This document shows, piece after piece, positions 58,101-64,000 of a stretch of DNA of 64,000 nt. How positions within the stretch are numbered: the first letter of the stretch is position 1; each line of letters starts with the position of its first letter. Position numbers and translations under genes: made by a program. Source of the stretch: Asterionella formosa (lineage: Eukaryota); assembly GCA_002256025.1 (NCBI GenBank), contig NKIB01012935.1, forward strand, positions 1 to 64,000, in the 5' to 3' direction. The notes under the pieces were generated by a model that had not been told where the DNA came from, did no database searches, and worked only from the letters and a program-made list of their open reading frames with translations.

Positions 58101-61100
58101 TATAAAAATTTGTTGAATGACCTTCAGATAAATAGTTGAACAAAACTCTGATAAATAGTTAATCCACATGCAGATAGTTTGTAAGTTGAAGTAAAAACTT
58201 CTGTTTTTCAACTTCTTGATATTGTCCTTGTGCTTTGAATGTATGCATTGTATACATAAAGGTTCGGAACCTTTTTCTCAGAAAATCATTCTTTAAAATT
58301 AGATTTTAATAAAATAGAAATTAATGGGCAAGCGCGAAGCCATTAGAAAATTTTAAATGTTGAGTTACATCACTGTAGGAGACGAATTTGAGCGCCTGTC
58401 ATCGCCAAATTTCATTTTCGGCGAATTGAACGCAACTTGCAGGTAACAGATTTGCTGGAACGGACAACGTGACACAGGACAGGCGATCAAAAGACCAAAT
58501 AGAGAATGTCATCAACTCACTTTTCGAATCAACAGTATCACGACTTGTTAGTGATGTAAATAATGATTCCGTCTAAACAAGAAAATCTCAAAACGAGGCA
58601 AAAAAATGACCATGGCTGGTGCAATAGAGGGGAGGTCCGAAGCAAAAGTAAACATAAGTCAGCAAAAGTTATCAAAAGTAAGCAAATCTTGCTTACGTTG
58701 CTATATTCTCCAAATTCAAAAGCGTTCTCCTTTTCCGGCCGAAGTGATGAAAACAACCTATCTTAATCAACGGTTTTCAGAGTCATTGGGATTGGAAATT
58801 CGTAACTGCCAGCATCATCATAGCAACGAGCCGATATAACTATTATAAACTGCCGGTATGTATTTAAAGTACGTAGGCATATTATGTATGCATGCATACT
58901 ATACACTACCGGTATATCGACTGTCAACTATAATGAAGATAATACTGAAGTATACCGGTCCTGATGTTCTGTGTATGTGGGGAATAGACCATTGTATATA
59001 TTAGAGTACTTCATATGGAGTCACCACGAGTACATATACTTTGTACTATATTACAGTAAATAGACGACATAGTCTATTACTGGTAGGTATGTCTATGTAT
59101 AATATACATATAACCGAAATGAAGTGAAAACAATCAATATGTAACTACATATATTGAAAAATAGTGAAACAAAAATGTAACTACAGTAGTATGAAATCAT
59201 GCATCTGTATAATAATAATCTAAATATATTCTAGCTGTGTATGACCATTAGTGTGATGATCAGCAGATATCACTTGATTGGCAATCTAATCTGTGGCACT
59301 GTTCTATCTGGAATATATACCTCATACATTTTGTCAATTTGCAATGTGGCAGTGAAAAAAATGCAGCTCAAAGTAGGTTAGTCATCATATCCCACACAAC
59401 GCTTTGCCAAGCAACAATACTCCACCTTTCTTCCTCTATCCTGTACAACCCTTGTAACATTTTTAGCCACCTAACAAACCTAGTTCCAACTTTGAACAAA
59501 TAGTTTATGGTGTAACAGAAAGACTACAATACTGACAGAATTGCTTCCTCGTCCCTCCTACCTCTTTGATGCACATCCTGCATCATTTCTGTTGGTTCAT
59601 CAACTTGTTAATTGTTGAAAACTTCTTTCTGGACTCTCAATCATCATTCTGCATACTTGTCACTCGTGCTACCGCCAATAATACTAGTAGTCAGAAGTCA
59701 AAACTCCATCAAGATGAGAGTCGATTGGCTGATGTCATCCACCATACTTTCAAAACTAGGCGACATTGCATCTCGATCTGCTGGGAGTACAACCCAAGTA
59801 TATAGTTCCAAAAACAAACTGGCAGCTCAGACTTCTCTCTTTCACCTGGTGTTGGTGTCCCATCACTCACATCTTCCTCTCCTTACCTGCAGGTAAGAAG
59901 TAGTCTACTGCTCCTGCATACCGAGTACCAGGTACCTGGTACCAATGGTACATGAGTGAGGATGCGGTTTAATTTTTGTGTACAACCGGTACCAATTGGT
60001 TCCTGGTACCAGTACACTCTATAAACTCTAAAAGCTAATATGTACTCGTTCAGTGTATATTCCTATGATGATCGTGCGTACAGTTATGGTTTAATTTTTC
60101 GATACCTACATACTGTTGCAACACGGTTCTTCCACTTGTATTTTCAGATCAATACCGGCCGTGCCAGTATTAAAATGACCAAGTAGACACATATCAGAGG
60201 CCAACAGGAAAATACAACTTGGGTTTAATTTTACCAATTACAGTACTGTATCTGACCTATGGTACAGTATGTACCACGCTAGATATACTAGGTATATAAT
60301 TAGAGGATGGTATAAGTCCTATATAACGTTGACCTTATAGGCTCTTCTATACAGACCATATACTTGTTTCCTCTCACGCCACTGTAGAGATTTACACAAT
60401 ACACACTGTGTATCCGAAGTAACTTTGACGCAATTACCGTCTTGTCCATTTCGTCTTTCTCCATATTTAGTCTGTGTTGTAGTTTCGTAGATACATCGCT
60501 GGAATATATGAAAGCGATCCATTGAATAATAGAATAACGAGCCAGGAATACTAGTAAGTAGAAGTAGCATAAATGGTTTTTTTGAATTCGGTGCTAAGTA
60601 AACGTGTCCCATTCCCGAATCCGGGTTTGAGGTCCGGATCCAATCTCCGGGTTCTGTGACAGCCGAGTTGCGCTTTGCCGAGGGAGGGACGTAGGGTGGG
60701 TGATTTAGACTATAAATTGCGAAAGGCTTGGCGATGCTTTAGACTGCTTCTCTGAATCGTTATTCAAAGAATTGTGTGCTTCACCCCTGTACTACTACTT
60801 TCTTGTTTAACCTCACGTGGTTGCTGTCTTCTTCCCTTGTTGTCTTAGCTACCGATTCTTGGTTGCTCGATTCACCGCTATATTAATTTCTCAGCTTCGA
60901 CTCCTTCGATTCACATCGCGTGGTTTTTCTAGTGCGTCCGGTCCTCGTCTGGTATAACTCCATCACGTCTGTCCTTGTCCGTAATATAAATTATGAATAC
61001 CACGTCAACCATAAGTGAAAGGTGTACACTTTACATTACGCACAAGACTACCTGGTACCATGGAACCCATACGTAGTTCATCGACATGTACACGAGAGTG

Positions 61101-61554
61101 ATCATGATTAGTACGTGATGCTATACACACGGTTACTAGTACTATGAACATATTGCATAATGTACCCGCAGCTATATCTTACGTCATATCTATTGGTAAA
61201 GATGTATCTCTAGAATAGACATACCAATGCTAGGCTAAATAAATCCTGACACTGTACCGGTAGGGCAGTATCGAATGGCGACTAGGAGTACATGCATATA
61301 CGGTACCTGGTACCTGGTACCAGTTACCAGTATAATGAAGACAAAAGTATTCCGGTACCAGGGTACTTACTGGTAAGCAAACAATTTTGAAATCTCATCA
61401 CCATCACACTTCCATCATTCCCATCTCACAATGACAATACAAACATCTTCATCAATGCCTTTGCGAAGGCAGTCTTCGCCCCCGCCTTCAACGCTTAGAC
61501 TGGAATGTTCAACTTTGCTTAAGAAGAAATCATACATGCTGGTGGATGCTTAAT

Positions 61555-62420
61555 CAATTGATTTTTAACGGGTGCCTCCTGCTGTCCATCGATGCAATGC
61601 GGCCGAACATGCCATCCACACTTTTCAGAATCATATTATTGCCAGGCTCTGCATTGTTGACAAGGATTTCCTCTGCACCTCTGGGATCAACTTTTGGACC
61701 CGGCAGAGATCTCACTTAATCTACTTCTTAGTGGTGGGTCGCATATCAGCAGCCCAAAATTATCTGCATGCGACCAGGTCAATGGGATTTACGATTACAA
61801 GCATAGCCCCTTGGCACCCCCTTTTTGAAGGGTTCTTGTGCATTTATGCTAGACCACCAAAACGCAGCACTACATGGTCACCACACACCCTTGGTGGCTG
61901 GTATGTAGCTAGGCCCTGCCACCGATTGTTCCTATTGTTGCTATCGCATATGGATGTGGGAAACCCGGTCTACTTGCATCTGCAATACAATTTACTGGTA
62001 TCTGTCCAAAGTGGTTTTACCACATAACTCATCCACCGACATCATTGTGACAAGCTTGCAGGATATTGCACATGCCTTAGCACACCCCAGTCCGCGCTCT
62101 CCTGTGGCTCCCCTCCCCACAACACATAAAACCGCTATTCGACAGCTCATCAACCTGTTGTCTCAGTCCCTCCCTGATGCAGCACCCCTACCACTACTGC
62201 TCCTGTCCCATCACTGAGGGTGGCCATTTCCCCAGAGGCACCACCAACTCCCTTCCATATCATCCCAAATGACATCAAGCCAACCCTCCCCTGGCGATTC
62301 CCTATTTTCATCAATGAGGGTGCCCACTCAAGCACCTCTCTCGATTGACAATCCCCATACTATGGCAGATCTGGTCCATACTCCCTCAAAGCCTGTTACC
62401 TCTATTTCCTGGGGGGGGGG
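61555..62420 (+). mobile_element. Diatom CoDi-like Ty1/copia integrase C-terminal fragment
   Basis: VPPAVHR(C)NAAE(H)AI(H)TFQNH, FPLHLWDQLL, PLAPP, TWSPH..GWY, WETRST; frameshifted, followed by a Pro-rich linker. Confidence 0.8.
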
Positions 62421-62426
62421 CGGGGG

Positions 62427-62475
62427 NNNNNNNNNNNNNNNNNNNNNNNNNNNNNNNNNNNNNNNNNNNNNNNNN
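62427..62475. other. Assembly gap (N run)
   Basis: 49 N bases after a poly-G tract. Confidence 0.99.
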
Positions 62476-63079
62476 TTCCGATCCCCAACAAAACAATTCT
62501 CCTTGGAAGCCAATCTCATGACCGCAACTTTCTGGTAATGTAGCACCATCAGGTTTAATAAAGGTACCAACTAAAAATTGAGAATCATACAAACTTTCAG
62601 TTCTGTAATGATAGTCATACCAAAACTGGGTAATAACATGGTTTGAGACGAATATTTGTAATATGCATTATAAATCTGTATTAGACAAAGTCCTTCCTTT
62701 GCATATAAGGAACAGCATTGTTTGTACTTGAAAACTGTAATCTTGTACCAGTTATTTCGTCATAGTAGCACAAAAGTGGCTGTCGACGTTTTTTGGTAAA
62801 AATCGCCGCTTCATCCTCATCCTCTCTGACTTTTGCTTCCATTTCCACAATGTCAACCTAGCGACTTTAAATTCCCTAGGAATCTTGCCCCGCCATCACC
62901 ACCAATTCTGTTTCCTCACGAGTAGCACCAGCAACCACCCCAGCAATTGATTTGTTTTATTTTCTTCAAACACACCAGCAGGAGGAGGAGGTTGGTGGTG
63001 AGATATCATTTGATAGCAGCAGGATCTAAATGAGCTGACAAGCACAGAGCAGAATGACAGACACACAATGTTGAACATA

Positions 63080-64000
63080 CCTGTGAGAATTTTGGTGAGG
63101 GCAAGGAGATGAGAACAGCAGATGCAGAAGGCAGTGATAGTCAACAAACAACAAGCACAATAACTGGAGGAAGACAAAAGCGTGCCTGCAGCTGCTGTAT
63201 GGGAGCGATGTTGGGAACGAGCGACATAAAATTGCCATTAGGGAAATATGTGATTTGTTTGCTGTTGCTCAACAAATTCAAAAATGCCAACAGGTGAGTA
63301 AAAATGAAACACTTGCAATGATCATAGCAGAAGCGAAGGAAAGAAGGAATGGGCTACCAGAAGAAACTTTCATGAATAGAATCACAATTGTCAACAGAGT
63401 GGTCTCACAAAAAATGGGGCACCAACATGGGCGGAAGGGGAAGCCCAATTGCGCTGAATCATGCGAAATCCTCTATCTGTTAGTGATGGTCTTCGACTTG
63501 CCAAATCCCCCTAATATCTGGAACCAAAATAGGAGACAGCATCAATTCATGGCCGGAGACAAACTCATTCTTGTTCTGCATTTTTGGAATGGTTTACTGG
63601 AGAGGGTTCATGAAAAGGAACAAAGAAATAGCGACCGCCAAACGATGTGTTAGTTTTGAAAACAAGCAAGCCGATTGGTGCACTTACAATAATTTTGAAG
63701 AAATGTATGAGCAAGTGTACAAGATGGTTGCGGGAGGGTTTGCTGTTGAATTCGCAAATAAGGAATGGTTTAATAAAGAAGGAGCAGTTGTGGTCCTTGA
63801 GGAAAAGGATGCATGGGGACTCCAGACAAAGTATAATTTGATTCATCCTGACCGGCTGCTTTTTGTTGATGAGGTGGGATCAAACACATCTCAAAGTGAA
63901 GATGGTAATGTGGCGGGAGAGTTATTTCTCTGTGGAAAGGGTGAGCGACCACAGCAAAGATCGGCACATAGCTAAAGATGCACACCACTTTAACGTTCTT
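63080..64000 (+). mobile_element. pogo/Tc1-mariner-superfamily (DDE_1-like) transposase fragment, runs off the window
   Basis: YWRGFMKRN (CENP-B-type HTH end), DWCTYNNFEEMY, LLFVDEVGSNTSQ (first catalytic Asp region); frameshifts upstream. Confidence 0.65.

Noticed and set aside
60300..60980. Possible solo LTR
   Set aside because: Promoter-like composition, but no clear TG...CA ends, TSD or second copy in the window
62269..62592. ORFs spanning the N run
   Set aside because: Artefacts of the assembly gap

Overview
This is a eukaryotic window, almost certainly from a diatom. The evidence is short GT-AG introns, an ASAFAP-type plastid presequence, CoDi-like copia and Crypton remnants, and SAP-like proteins. 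Roughly 1-25 kb is a nest of decayed transposons: a Plavaka-type (CMC-related) element at 1-~9.3 kb, a copia remnant interrupted by a ~1 kb MITE, and a PIF/Harbinger element. The Harbinger transposase gene is split by a 9.8 kb Plavaka-type element (13866-23681) with terminal inverted repeats (TIRs), an AT target duplication, an internal tandem array and a Ulp1-like protease remnant. From 26.7 to 56 kb, islands of intact host genes sit among MITEs, a Crypton-like tyrosine recombinase pseudogene, and LINE and Gypsy fragments. The host genes are the PP4 catalytic subunit, an MRG15/EAF3-like gene, a TFIIS-N-like fusion protein, an IAH1-like SGNH esterase, two unknown proteins and a putatively plastid-targeted WD40 protein. 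Two divergent multi-exon genes, fragmented in the ORF track (48697-49678 minus; 54991-55862 plus), encode signal peptide / RXL / Ser-rich / single-TM proteins with a shared cytosolic H-x-L-x-G-[AS]-L-x-K-R motif. They resemble diatom silicalemma-associated proteins (SAPs), and each has a perfect TGACGTCA upstream. The window ends with a copia integrase fragment, an assembly gap and a pogo-like transposase fragment. All family assignments come from motif recognition by eye; no searches were run.
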